This document shows positions 26,091 through 38,650 of a DNA stretch of 64,000 bases, in pieces. Numbering within the stretch: position 1 is the first letter of the stretch; every line of letters starts with the position of its first letter. The stretch is from Lingula anatina (Eukaryota > Animalia > Brachiopoda): the NCBI GenBank assembly GCA_051362555.1, contig CM120640.1, positions 13,020,001 to 13,084,000 of the forward strand. Direction: 5' to 3'. The position numbers were made by a program, and so were the translations under genes. Under the pieces are notes generated by a model. That model saw only the letters and a program-made list of their open reading frames with translations. It was not told where the DNA came from and made no database searches.

Positions 26091-28874
26091 TCAGTCACTC
26101 CTGTCACTTGGCAAGCCAAATAATTTCACTGTTCCAGCATCTCTGTCATTGTATTTTTCCTTATCATCACAAGCAAATGCCAGCAGGTGTCGTTTTGGAT
26201 GCCATGCTATTGTGAATGTGGGGTACTCACATGGGACTTCTGTTATCTTTTCACCTGAAAATATATTTGTGTGTTGAATATATTTTAATAATTTAATTTA
26301 ATAATATATTTTAATAATATTACATAATTGAATGTTCAAAGCTGCAGCTGCAGTTTGATATCTTATTAAATGACATATGTAAATTATAACTAAAAAAGAT
26401 ACCTAAATCAAAGTTACACATGGCTTCTTTTTTCTTATATTTCTTACCAGTTTCTACATTCCCAATGTCTATCACAAGATCTTCTGATGCTGATGCTAAT
26501 ATCTTTCCATCATGGCTAAAACTCATTGTCCTTATGGGCCACTCTAACCTAGAATGTCAATAAAGTAATCTGACACAGTTATGAAAAAAATTGGGAGCAT
26601 CTGTAGCAAAAAAAAAAAAGACTTGATAAATCTGCCTTTACATACGTAAGTACACGAATCCTTGACCAATCTTTTTACCTTCAGTCAAAATGTTTTAATC
26701 ACTGCCAAAAAATAATGTTTGAGCAAAAGCCTAGTTATGACTGAATTTTGGCTCATTATCTCTGCCAAAGAGGTGATGTATTCACCTCCATTTTGTAAAA
26801 GTTAAAGATGGATTTTCACTAATATTTCAGGACAGGTCAGACTGACCTAAAAGTTATTAATTTTGGTGGTCCAGATCATCGTGTGGATCCAAGAATTTTA
26901 AAAGGATTCTCCACCATTGTGAGATGTGGCCAATAATATTGACCTGTTGTGCAATGAACGTACTCTCAACAACCACAATTTATCAGTGAACAGTCCTTTG
27001 TGGATGTCAACTCCTGAGTGTTTTTTTTTTTTTTTTTAGTTTAAACATAACTGATAACTGCAATATCCCCATTAATTTCATGCTTGGATAGATGCTGTAA
27101 CTGTGACATCTATATTTAATTTAAACAGCAGTGTTTACCTAGAAAATGTCCTGACACAAACCAGGTCCTCCAGGTCCCACAGTGTGACCAAAGCATCAGC
27201 ACTGCCTGTGGCAAAGTACTTCCCAGTGGGATCAAACTCTATACAAATACAGTTGGCAGGATGAGCATTGAGAACATATTGATGCTGGAGATCAGGATAA
27301 CTGAAATGTTAAGACATGGTTTATTTGTTGTTGTAGCATTAACTTTATATGATGTTCTAAATCAATGGGGAGCATCTGTCGTGAAAAACCTTTTTCCTTC
27401 ATTTGCTGTGGAACAGATATTATGTAAATTTGACCTGCAACAATTAAAAGGCATTCGGTGTGATTTTGATGGGAAAAATACAATTAAATTTTCCAGGTGT
27501 ATCCTTCAGTGAGCATAAGATGCATTAGAAGTTTTTAATAAGTGGTATTAATTGCATTACTTAATTAAGATAAAAAGTTAAAAAGCAAAATTTTTGAATA
27601 AATCAAGATTTATAAGGACTTATGATATCTAGATTGCTTACTCTATAGCTTATCAATAAATAGGATAATTCAGTTTTGTACAATTCTCTGTAAAACTATC
27701 TTTATCATCTTACAAAATGTGTTTTCAGTAACCAGTATTCACATCCTATTGCAGCAGTCCCAAATAGTACCTTAATATATGTATACAGCCTTGTCCACTT
27801 GTGAGAAAGAACAAGTCTCCTTCATTGTTCCATGAGATTTCATTAACTTCATATTTGAATTGTTCCTCTGCTTTTGATCGATGTGTTTTTGCATCAATAA
27901 ATGTGACCAAATCTTCTTTGTTTCCAACAGCTATTGTGTTTCCATTTGGGGACCAGCATATGTTGATATTTTCACCTTAAATATGTCAAGAAATAGTGCA
28001 TTAGTCATTCTTTGAATTTTTAGTGAAATGCAAAACACAGAACATAAAATAGTAAACAAAGCCAACAAACCTACGTATGTCTACTACTGAAAAATCCTGT
28101 TGCAAAAGTTGTTATTGATATCAGATTCAAAATGTAAAATGTATAGATAAAAATTTTAACATCATGATCTGTGCTTTATTCTTCAAGAAAAAAGGTGACT
28201 TGAAAATTAAATGCAACCAATTTAAGAGCACTGAAACAGTACCTTTTGTATTAACTGTAGCCACTGTTTTTGATGTCCTGGCATCCCAAAGCCGCACTGT
28301 TTTATCCCCACTAGCTGTAACCAGAAGTTCTGGGTGTGTGGGGTGCCAACATAACTGATCTACACTATCTCCATGCCCACGGAATGTATGTTCTTTGGAC
28401 TATGTAAAAAACACACCATGCTATTTGTCAAATCAAAACATTATTTTTCAATTAATAAATTAATAGGATTATAGCAAAATTTCACATACCTTTTATCTTT
28501 GACACTGACATATTAGTTATTATTGTTTATTTTGTTTCTATTTATATTTAGTAAGTGTTCTATGATCAAAATGGCTAAGCACCATGAACCTTAAGAGTGA
28601 AGTTCTTTAACTTGAATTTGGTCAAATGGGTATTTTTAAACTCTTCGCATTTGACATGGTTCTGGGATTTTCATCCATTAATTTGCAAACAACAATTAGG
28701 AGGATGTAGCCCCAGGTAATTAAAAGTAGGAGTACTATTTGGTCTGAGGGGGATCCAGTTTCTATTTAATTTGAACTTCTATCACTTATTAAAAGTTTTT
28801 TCCCTAGTTTTTGTTTCAGAAGCTTCACTCAGTTTGTAAATGCACAGTGTTTATGTTGTATATATGGCTATTCT

Positions 28875-28927
<53 letters not shown>

Positions 28928-29223
28928 GATTTTGACTTGTAATATAGCATTCTAAAGTCGTTTTCTGTGGCTTTTCGGTTTATTAATCAAACACTGAATC
29001 AAGGCAGGTGACAGCCGGGAGTGTATGCATGTTGTACTGTACTAACCAAACGATCTCTATCCAAACTGAAGAGGCTAACTGTCTTGTCGAAGGATCCAGA
29101 TGCCAATTTTCTGCCATCACAACTCCAATCCACTGAATGTACCTTTGCGGAATGTGCCTGGTTTTCTTTTACTCTGTTATTATTTTGGAAATATTTTTGC
29201 ATTTCTTCTGTATATGAAGCCAT
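26091..29223 (-). CDS. THOC3: THO complex subunit 3 (Tex1, WD40), 6 exons, about 321 aa
   Basis: Exons 29223-29047, 28399-28243, 27975-27771, 27300-27139, 26548-26448 and 26254-26091 total 966 nt. Motifs: AHSAKVHSVDWSCDGRKLASGSFDKT, RGHGDSVDQLCWHP, AWHPKRHLLAFACDDK, AGTVKLFGLP. Confidence 0.97.
26756..27040 (+). mobile_element. Putative non-autonomous Helentron/DINE-like element in a THOC3 intron
   Basis: Begins ttatctctgccaaagaggtgatgtattcacc, has an internal ttttggtggtccagatcatcgtgtggatcca segment, and ends ...ctcctgagtg(t)n agtt, resembling Helentron-associated elements (recognised from memory). Confidence 0.5.
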
Positions 29224-29483
29224 TCTTGCCGGCTGTATGTATATCTGCCGATAGATGTCCACAGTTGTACTGAAAAGCCTCGAAAAAAAATCTATCCATT
29301 GTTGACTCAGTTCGAAAAATGGTGTTAAAACTAAGAAAATAAAGTCGTTGTGTGAAATTCAGAATGATCACTTGGAATGTCTTTCACCTAATGTTTCACT
29401 CTTTCCTCAAATTTTTGAAAAAAAGCTTTTCTTGGTATAGCGGCCTCTTCAGGCAATTTCATATTTTGCGGCACATTCAAGAG

Positions 29484-31849
29484 ATGGAGGGAAGCACAAC
29501 AGATAATTCGGGCTCAACTGCTGACTCAAGTGGCCTTAGGATTCCTGCAGCCGTCGATAACATAGAAAACAAATCAACTGATGTGGCAGAAGGTCGACAC
29601 GCAACTCTTTTACGCCAAGCGTTGGAGAAAACTGTGCAAAAATGTCTGTCCAGCGGCAGGTATTTGAAGTTGTTAGTGTTACCTCAGTTTTTGGCCCAGT
29701 TACAGATACAACTTACATGCTGGGTACTTACCGTGGTTATGGCTTATAACATTGTGTGTTACGAAATCTCCACGAAATATCCACATCCTGAGACACTGTT
29801 TGTCTTCCGTTGCATCTGATAATATATCATTCAAAGTCTTTTTGGATCGATTCAAGCAGCAGTTTGATAACGCTTGTAAAGTTTCAAGCTATGCAGCAGT
29901 ACACCCCCTACCCAGTAGTACCATTGGGTAGAGGGGTAGCATGAAGTTCTATGCATTGGCACTCCCTACAGTTTCTGATAAATGTACTATGTGGTATAAC
30001 TAATAACACATAAAAATAGTAGTGAACATAAATGCCTAATGAAGAAATGATAATGACTTCAAGTAAGTCACTTACTTGCATGTAGCTAGGGAGCTCTCGC
30101 ATCTTTCCCTGACCTCCACCTCCTGAAGTTGCACAATCCTGAAAATCCAGCCAGTCTTGCCAGTAACTTCTATGTGAATAAGATACAATTAAAACTTTGT
30201 TTTGTTTCATTCTTGGTAATCAAGAGACTAACTTGTATTTTGGAAGACAAACCTGTTTTTGCATGTCATGTTGTAAACAGACACCAGGGCTATTTTTATT
30301 ACAGGCAGTGTACATGTAGTTAGTGACTGGGATTTACTTCATATAAGAAAAAAAGTAATGATAATACATGGTTTATTTAATTTTTACAGGTTTTCTGCAT
30401 TTGCTAGAAACTTCAAAGCAGTGTATGACAAAAATCCAAAAGCTTTGAAAAATATCCACACACAGTTTATGCATCAGCTGGAATCGGCTATAACAGTAAG
30501 TTATATCATGCTGATATTTTAAAATGGTAATAATTGCCAAATTGTCAGTTTGCTATTGTTACAAAATGCTTATTATAATATATTTTAATTTTGATTTTTT
30601 TAATTGAGTTATAATGGAAAGTTAATGGCTTGAAGAGGATAAATAGAATAAAAAAATAAGGGATAGTTGATTTGCTAGCTGAATATGACTTTGTGTAAAT
30701 CTGTCATTCTTGATCAGTCAATAAATATGGATTATTCTCAGAAAATTTGTGCATAGAATGTGTAAATTTTGATATTGAAAAAAAAAAGAAGAAATGAATG
30801 CATTACACTAGTTTATCCGTGTTGTCAACTTGTCACAATGAGGAATATTTGAGGAAATACCTTTAACACATTTTCCCTTTCTTTTTTCAGGAAGAAATAG
30901 ATACACTGTTTGAAGAGGAGAATATTGTAGGACTTATGAATGAACTTGACAAGTTAATCAGTGAAGCACCTTTGGATCTACAACATCCAGCTTGGTAAAA
31001 TTAATTTTTGTTAATTATTAAGGTAAATTATATTAATTACCAAGACAAAGAAATTAGTGCTTAATTAATTAGCTGGCAACTGCTATCTTTAAATTCACAC
31101 TGACACTTCCATTAATTATGTCATGTGTGTTAATACCCCAGTCTAGTATTTTTTATGTTACTTCACAGGCGCCCAACAGGCAACCCTGAAGCTGATATTC
31201 AGTCCCACTTAATACAAGTGAAACAAGTACATAAAGAAACATTACAGTCCATATTGGAGGATTTGGAGGAAGAAACTGCTAGGTTAAAAGAGGCAGTGTT
31301 ATCAAAGAGACGTCAGCTTCTGAACACACAACAAGCTGTGCAGAATAAAGTAAAAGGGATGGATCAGGTGTGGCTGCAGGCAGTTCTTGTGATAATTAAA
31401 ATTACTTGCACGTAACGAGTCCTTAAAATTAAATGATGATGAGATTTGAACTAATTTTAATGGCTAATTTAAGAATACTGGACAATATTGTTTAAGGCAA
31501 CCTAATTATTCGGGGATATTGAAAATATATTAATTTTTTTATTGATAAACCACCTTCAATGGATGAATAAAACTTGCGGCGGAGCAGGGATTCCCAGTAA
31601 TGCATATAAACCACTTCTGTTACATAGTTTCTTAATAATATATAAGTGATATAACTAAAATAGTTTGGTTCAGTTTATAACATAAGATTTAATCCTTTTT
31701 TTTTGTTATGTAAAAACATGTTTGTCTGAAAAATAAAACATGTTTTTCTTGTAAAAAATATTCTTTTTTTTTTTTTTCAGGCAGTTGATGTTTGCAAAGA
31801 AATGCCAACCAAGGAGATATGGTCATTTTTTGAAGAAACTTCTAAATGA
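29484..31849 (+). CDS. PMF1: Polyamine-modulated factor 1 / Nnf1, Mis12 kinetochore complex subunit; 5 exons, about 217 aa
   Basis: Exons 29484-29659, 30390-30495, 30891-30994, 31169-31367 and 31781-31849 total 654 nt. Motifs: QFMHQLESAITEEIDTLFEEENIVGLMNELDKLI, AWRPTGNPEADIQSHL, and a C-terminal coiled coil. Confidence 0.88.
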
Positions 31850-33183
31850 AATATTCTTGATAAAAGGAATGTGAAAACATGACAAGTGTGCAGTAAAAAA
31901 CAGTTTACCAATGCTAAAATACATTGGAAGAGTTACTCCTTTGTAATTGTTGGCAATGAGTACCTTTGTAAATTATGTTTGCAGTAGAAATATTTTCTAC
32001 CCTTTTAAAAAAGAAAATAATGTAAATAAGTTTATGATAGACTTTACTGAATGTGCTAATGACTTGATAATTTTGTAAATCGGTGTAAAAAAGAGAACTG
32101 AATGTGATATCGTCTTTGTATATTTTAAATAAATGACAGGGGAAGTTGCAGTTTTGTCAAAAAATGGTAACTAATGATCTGACTACCTCATATAATCTTG
32201 TAGAGTTTGTTAAGCCAGATATTGCATAATTCTCAGATAGAGCACTTTCAAAAAGGCTGATATGTGAATATCTGCTGCATTAGCTGCATCTCAAGTGTTA
32301 CTCTGCAAGTATCAATCATTATCCTAGAATAAGCATAAAAGAATATTCCCATTTCCATTTTCCCTAAGTTTGGCTAAAGTCGAGTTCAAAATACTCTCAT
32401 TCATTTGGTGTAATGTTTTCCTTCAAAATGTATACAGTATGATTATGTGAAGGGACTGAAATATCACTTTCTTACAAAATTTTGCATACTCGAAATGAAA
32501 ATAATGTTTTGAAGGCCAAGTTTCAAAAGCCATCACTAAATTATTTGAATCTGTGAAATCTTGATGTGCCTGAATCCAATAACGTGGCGCGCATTGTGCA
32601 GTGACACTTCAAAACTAAATCTGTGAAAACGGGCTATATTATACAGAAATCGACTTTAAATGGCTTTACGACTGCATATTAGAGTTCTTTAGAACCTGAT
32701 TTTAACAACCTATTTCTTGAAATTACCAACGTTGATTTCACCAAGTACTTTTTGATCTTGCAATCTACCTTGTGTTGATGGGTTCCTTGTTGTCGACAAA
32801 TATAAACTTGGAATGTTTGGAGTGTGTACAATGAAGTGGAGTGATATTTCTCCACGAGAAATATTCCAATCCATTTTACATGTGAAACTACAACCTACGT
32901 TTTTTTTCTGATAGTGTCTGGAAAGGCACAAAGGAATATCCTCTTGCTTTTATAGAGTTTTGTTTGTTAAATGTCAATCCTGGCTCAACATGTGATCAAA
33001 CAAACTTCTGATCTGTAGTAGTAGTTTGCATTTACATAAATACATTTTCGCGTCCTTGGCGCACAGTTGATTTAAAAAATAGTGGAGGAAAGCAAGGTCG
33101 CATGTGCTCCGGTTGGTCGAGAAATTTTTACTAACTGGTATTATTAAAAGGAAAGTTTTCTTAGCAAGTATTAAGGCGGAAAC

Positions 33184-35115
33184 ATGAATGGCACAACACA
33201 GCCAGGTTTTAAATGTTCGTGTTATCCGCGTGTCCATTACTGTGACAGAGACTTGGAGGGACAATTCAAAGATTTTTGCCACACAACTTACAAGGTAAGG
33301 CGAAAGGTGCCTTGTTTAAAATGGATTTAATGATAGAAGATCTGATTGTAGTGGTATTCGTGTTCTGTTCTAAATCAAAATTAATCAATAGCAGTTAACA
33401 GCTTCTTCTTAACAATTATAGGTAAAATATTAGGTATCTTCCTATCTTTTTCTTATCAACTGAATATTGATTCTTTATTTAACCTAACCAAATAATATAA
33501 ATTTATTAAGAAATAGAATAAAACATTTTTGCAATGTTGTTACAGAGAAACGCCAACTGAACGAAAATGTTATCTACCAACCTAAAACGGCACAACTCGA
33601 CTGCTTTAATTTATAACTAAACGAATTAAAGGCATATTTCTAAAATGTTTTACTGCAGTTATCTTATGGCGTTTATTTAAAAATAGAGGCTCAGAGACAT
33701 CGAAAGCAAAATTGGACACTATGAAGGGAACATTTGTCTAAGAAGATTAAATTTTTTAATTAATAGTGAAATATTTTGAAATACGCGAGAAAAAATTCAA
33801 AGGGAGTTCGTGTGAGGTCATCTGGGCAATTTTTGAACATTTTAATGGATTTCTCGTTTCAAAGCTAACACAATAGGTTTGGCGATGAGATATGATCGTT
33901 TGATGATGTTATGAAATAAATCAGCTGGCAGACAGGTTTGACGATGAGATATGATCGTTCGATGATGTTATGAAATAAATCAGCTGACAGACAGCATTTT
34001 TAATTTGTTTCACGCTTGCATATTGTGTGTAGCACTTTGGAAAGTTTGGTGAACTTTGATATTTTGCTTTATTATTGTTTTTACAGATGTGCTGTTTGTT
34101 ATTTAATGTTGTCCTTGCAACTCTACACGGGTTATGACAGCAAGTCGTTTTGTCTTAACGTGAACTACGTGATTTTTGGGTAGGATATAGCTGGTGTCCT
34201 CTCTGTCAAACAGATGATGGAAACACTATTTCAGCACGCACACAAACATTTATTTTATTTAGAGGAAAAGCGCATCATGCACCTTGGTCCTTGTTTATTT
34301 CTAATTGTTTGACGAAAAGAAAAACATATCCATAAAATTAAAACCAGATGCAGCTGAGACTTAACACAATGTTTTTTTTTATCAATAACCAAATGAAATA
34401 TTGCAGCACCTGTCGAATAATTAATTCAGGTGATGAGACAACTCCTAAAAAATGTGTTTTTACCTTTTTAAAGTGTTTTGCAACCATCCATTCAGAGACA
34501 GACATTATTCAGAGAGGCTGTCATAACCACCTTCACACCGCTATGTTCCACTGCAACATTTCGCCGAGATGGAGTTACTCAACAGTATGTTGCGATAGCG
34601 AATTTTGCAATCAAAATGTTATCCCGACATATCCGCCAGTTTCTACGACGACCGATGGTAAGTTCTTGGATACGCGTATTTCTCATATTTAGAATAATAA
34701 GAAGAAACATTCAGTTACTCGATCTTTACCTGTATCCATCTGAGTTCATATGTTATAAAAAATGTTAGGGTATGAAACTTTGATTACCCGATAAAAAGGT
34801 TCAAGTCTTAATTTCTTTAGGTCTTTTACGGTATGCTATATGAAGGGTTATAGAAAACCAAATTACAGAAAACCAAAACCGATTATTTTCAATAATTATA
34901 TATTAGTTTTAGGAAACTGGACAAAATACTCAAGGTATGACAATCACTCGGATGGTGTCGCTGCCATAACAGGTAACCAGATGGCGACTGCTGTAATTGT
35001 GCCGTTTGTTTTGGTGACCATCCTTATTATTGTGTTTTTACTGACGCATGTCATGAATGGCAAGAAAAGAAACTCTAACAACAACTCAGAAAACTCTACC
35101 GCTCAAGTTGAATAA
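33184..35115 (+). CDS. Kinase-less BMP/activin type I receptor-like protein (10-Cys ectodomain, TM helix, about 20-aa tail); signal-peptide exon not identified
   Basis: Exons 33184-33294 (MNGTTQPGFKCSCYPRVHYCDRDLEGQFKDFCHTTYK|gtaag), 34474-34657 (CFATI...QRGC...FHC...CCDSEFCNQNVIPTYPPV|gtaag) and 34913-35115 (TM AVIVPFVLVTILIIVFLL, then KKR, stop); phases 0 and 1 match. Confidence 0.8.
33875..33993. repeat. Tandem duplication, 2 x 59 bp
   Basis: aggtttg(g/a)cgatgagatatgatcgtt(t/c)gatgatgttatgaaataaatcagctg(g/a)cagac occurs twice. Confidence 0.9.
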
Positions 35116-35576
35116 CATGGTTTGCTAAGGTTTTCCCTTAAATAATGTGGTTAAAAACTCTTACCGTAACAAGAGATGTGCGCATAGGGTCTAACGTCAG
35201 TGATGATAAGAGGAAAATCATACGTGTTCTGTTAATTAAGGGAATACTCTTGGAATAGACTTTTACTTTTTTTAAACTCACCTTCCTATTTTATTTAAAA
35301 GAATGAAAAAGAGAAGGAGAACACAATAGCTTACTTTTATCACCCCGCTTTTGGTTTGCTTAATTTTTTAATAAGCAACGAGAGGCTTTAAAAGGCAGTA
35401 AGTGGTTTTATGAGCTTTTACTCTTCAGCTGTTTGTCGTTTTAACTCTTATTTTAGTTGACTTGTATTATTTATCAGTGGGGTATTTTGATTAATCAATC
35501 GTTTTATTTTCACTTCTTAAACTTAAATCATTTTATATTTCACTTTTGTAACGATGGTATTGACCATGACTTTATA

Positions 35577-35884
35577 CCCAGACAGCCTCAGTAATCTGGC
35601 CCATGTCTGGCCCAGATCTGGCAGGCTCTGGCAACGTCTGGCAAAAGGTATGGTCCACGTATGGCTTGCCACATGTGGGCCAGATGTGGCAATGGTTGGG
35701 CCAGATCTGGCCCAAACATTGCCACATCTGGCCCACTTCACATTTGCTCATGTGGCCAGATGTAGGCCCAGATCTGGCAATATCTGGCAAAGGTATGGCA
35801 TGCCGGATGTGGACCAGATGTGGGCCAGATCAAAATCAAAGGGGCCAGATTAGGGCCGGATATGGACCACATATGGCCCAGATT
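35577..35884. repeat. GC-rich degenerate array of tggcccagatctggc-like units; probably one arm of a non-autonomous DNA transposon
   Basis: Starts ta|cccagacagc, contains many ggc(c)cagat(c/g)tggc units and ends at a poly-T run; explains the overlapping spurious ORFs on both strands. Confidence 0.6.
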
Positions 35885-35956
35885 GTTTTTTTTTTTTTTT
35901 TTTTGTAAATAATATTAAATTATTCAATATGATTACTATAAAAAAAAAGACAAACA

Positions 35957-36428
35957 AGATTCAAGATTCAAGTATTTATTCTGTGCTACAAACCTTAACA
36001 AAATTATTACACATTATATAACCTTAATTGCTGGCAACTTACATGTAACAAATTAAGGGCCACTCCTCAAATTATAATTGTTACGCGAGGTAGAAACCAC
36101 AAGATCTTGAACTTCTTTAATATAATTTATTCACTACTTTTCGGTTGGTTTCCGTGTCACCTTGCTTCCTACCATTTCTCTTTCTACCTCTTTTCAATCT
36201 CCAGAGGCCTTTTCCCCGTTTACGTTAAATGCTGCTTTTTAAGTATTGCACATTATGAGAATATGTCAATGAACTCTGCAGAACACTCCCCGCTCTTTGC
36301 TCACTTCATGACCATCAATTACCAACATTTTAAGAACTCCGACAGAAAGAAATTTGTGGTGTATTATCCGTGTATATTATGTATGTATTATTTGAATAAA
36401 TTATTATTATTATTATTATTATTATTAG
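35957..36428. repeat. Possible LINE 3'-end remnants (two opposed tails)
   Basis: Minus strand aataaatacttgaatcttgaatcttg at about 35960-35985; plus strand aataaa followed by an (att)n run at about 36395-36427. Confidence 0.35.
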
Positions 36429-38650
36429 GCTATTAAGAGCCCTTTTTCAGTCGCAATTTATATATATAACAGCGTGTATTCCCATGAGTTAAAGATTTCC
36501 ACCGTTGTTCGTTCGTGGGACTTGCTTTAAATGGATAGATCTTGTGTGCTATGTGATTCAGGAATGATTTTCGCCTTTCGGAGGGCTGCCGCCATTGTCT
36601 CTCATCAATTTTAATAAAAGTTTTTTCCATGTGTGCTGGAAACAAGCTTTAAATTCTATTTTCGACTTTAATTTTTCACTATTTTAGTTTTTATCAGTCT
36701 AAGTTTAGCCCAAGAATTTTGGAAAATGCAGAACTCTGGATCGTGCAACCTCTAAAATTAAATTGAGATTTATATTTCGAACTGCAAGTTGAATTTCATA
36801 TAACGTTAGATATCGAATAGAACTTTCAATGTTAAACCCATTTTTGACGATGGGCTTGGTGTTCAGAAAAGACTTTCATTTTTAATCGTCCCAAAAATTA
36901 AATTCATTGTTTTGGAAATTGATAAAACGGATGGAAGCTTAAAGAAAGAATTAAGTGAAACAGAATTTTGGTGCACAATGATAATTAAATACAAACCTGA
37001 CAAAACCGACCCCTCAAACTAATTTTAGATCGAAATTGGTCTCCTCTTGGAGATTTTCCTCAGCAACCAATGACCAATAGAAGCACATGCTTTGATTTAT
37101 GAAATTAATACACCGTGTAATGTAAATTTTTCAAAAATGATAAACATATGTGATTGGATTGATTATGCTGGGTTCTAATACAATATTTATTTTTATTCAT
37201 CCCATGGGTATATCAAAACACATTTGAAAGTCGGGATGCTGGCATAAATTTTGCCCTATTTTTCCTAGCGCGGTAGCATGTTGTTTTGGTTTACATTGTG
37301 AAGAGGCTACAGTTAAAATCGCAAGGAATATCGTAATGGCGATGGGTTGGAAGCTATGTAGTTTGACACAATTTGCAGGTAAGTGGATTCATATCGTTAT
37401 GTAGTTTCTGCAACGATTTTTTTTACATTAAAAATGCACCTCTGTGTCCAGTAGCGTGAAAGGATTGTAACCATATTCGCATAACTACGTGTTTTGACAA
37501 CATGGTAGGCATGTTTAATTTACGTCAGTACAATCCTCACTACCCTAAAATCTACATCGTCTTGTTACTTGAATTGCCAACGTTTTCCATTTACTGGGCC
37601 ATGATTAGTTTTCAACAACAAATGTATACTGTTGTTTTTTAAAGAATCGGAACACTGAAAGTTTTTATTGCCCTAAAATCAGAGTATGCCCAATCATCCC
37701 AATATCAGGTTATCGTAGACAATTTTGTTAGATCTATTTATTTTGTTTAGAATGCTGAACCGATTTTGGTATTTGTTTCCTTATTGTAGACTTATTTTAA
37801 TCTTAAATCTTTATATGTGATTTTGAGATTCACTAACCAATTGAGGCAACATCTGAGCATGATAGAAACTGAAAATTTGATTTTCTTTTAGTGTAAGGGT
37901 AATCTCTCTGACTTCTTTTTTAAGTAAAATTGTTATTTAATTAGCATGTGCAAACATAAATGCATGTATCACATGTCAATATGAGTTTGACTACTTAAAG
38001 AATGAATGGCAATCCTCATTTATTATAAACCATTTGCTTGAATATTTTATGTAGCAGTGTAACTTGGCTGTTTATCTCCAACTGTTATAGTTTTGGTATC
38101 TTTAAAGAGGCTTGGAATTAAATCCATCATATTTTCAACTTTTTCAATTTTGGACCTTCCTCCTTATTCTTGGTTAATGTAAATACACATGATCATTCCA
38201 AAGTTCTCATAAATGAGAGAGGTAGGGGTATTTTGCAAAGAAATATGTGAATTAAAAAAAAAAAGTTCTTTAAAAATTGCCATCGTTTTTTTTCTGTTAC
38301 AGCAATATTTGCAAAAATAATGGAACTTAAGGTGTGACTATATATAAAATCATTGTTCAGGGTTTCTTATTGAAATTTGGTAATTGCCATGTGTGTTATG
38401 TCGATTTGTTTTAGTAATGGAACAGGGGATGAAGAGCTACTTTTTACCAACATGGAAAAATGTGAACCATGGCTATAAAATCTACTCAAAAACAGATAAA
38501 AAGGAGTTATTTTGGAAAATCATTCATGCAGGGAATGAAAATGATGATTAATATCTCTTAGAAAACTGTCATATAACTTTCTGTTCTGTTAACCTGGTAC
38601 ATTATATATATTTTAGGTACTTTAAGTGCTGGCTAAAAAAATAGTAAAAA

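Noticed and set aside
28877-28922. Long poly-A run (another at about 52187-52216) as a possible retrocopy tail
   Set aside because: No adjacent retroelement body or TSD recognised; homopolymer length may be an assembly artefact.
30040-30115. Possible C/D-box snoRNA in PMF1 intron 1
   Set aside because: Box C is imperfect (atgataa) and there is no terminal stem or recognisable guide.
34348-34473. N-terminal part of ORF 34348-34692 with extra Cys (MKYCSTC...KKC)
   Set aside because: Intronic read-through. The acceptor at 34473 joined to the 33184-33294 exon gives the proper 10-Cys pattern.
35523-35908. Four overlapping ORFs / CRISPR-like appearance
   Set aside because: Degenerate repeat with no constant repeat-unique spacer structure, in a eukaryotic context.
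37055-37080. RFX X-box expected for a ciliary TTLL6 promoter
   Set aside because: Only a half-site (cagcaac) next to two CCAAT boxes; too weak to call.
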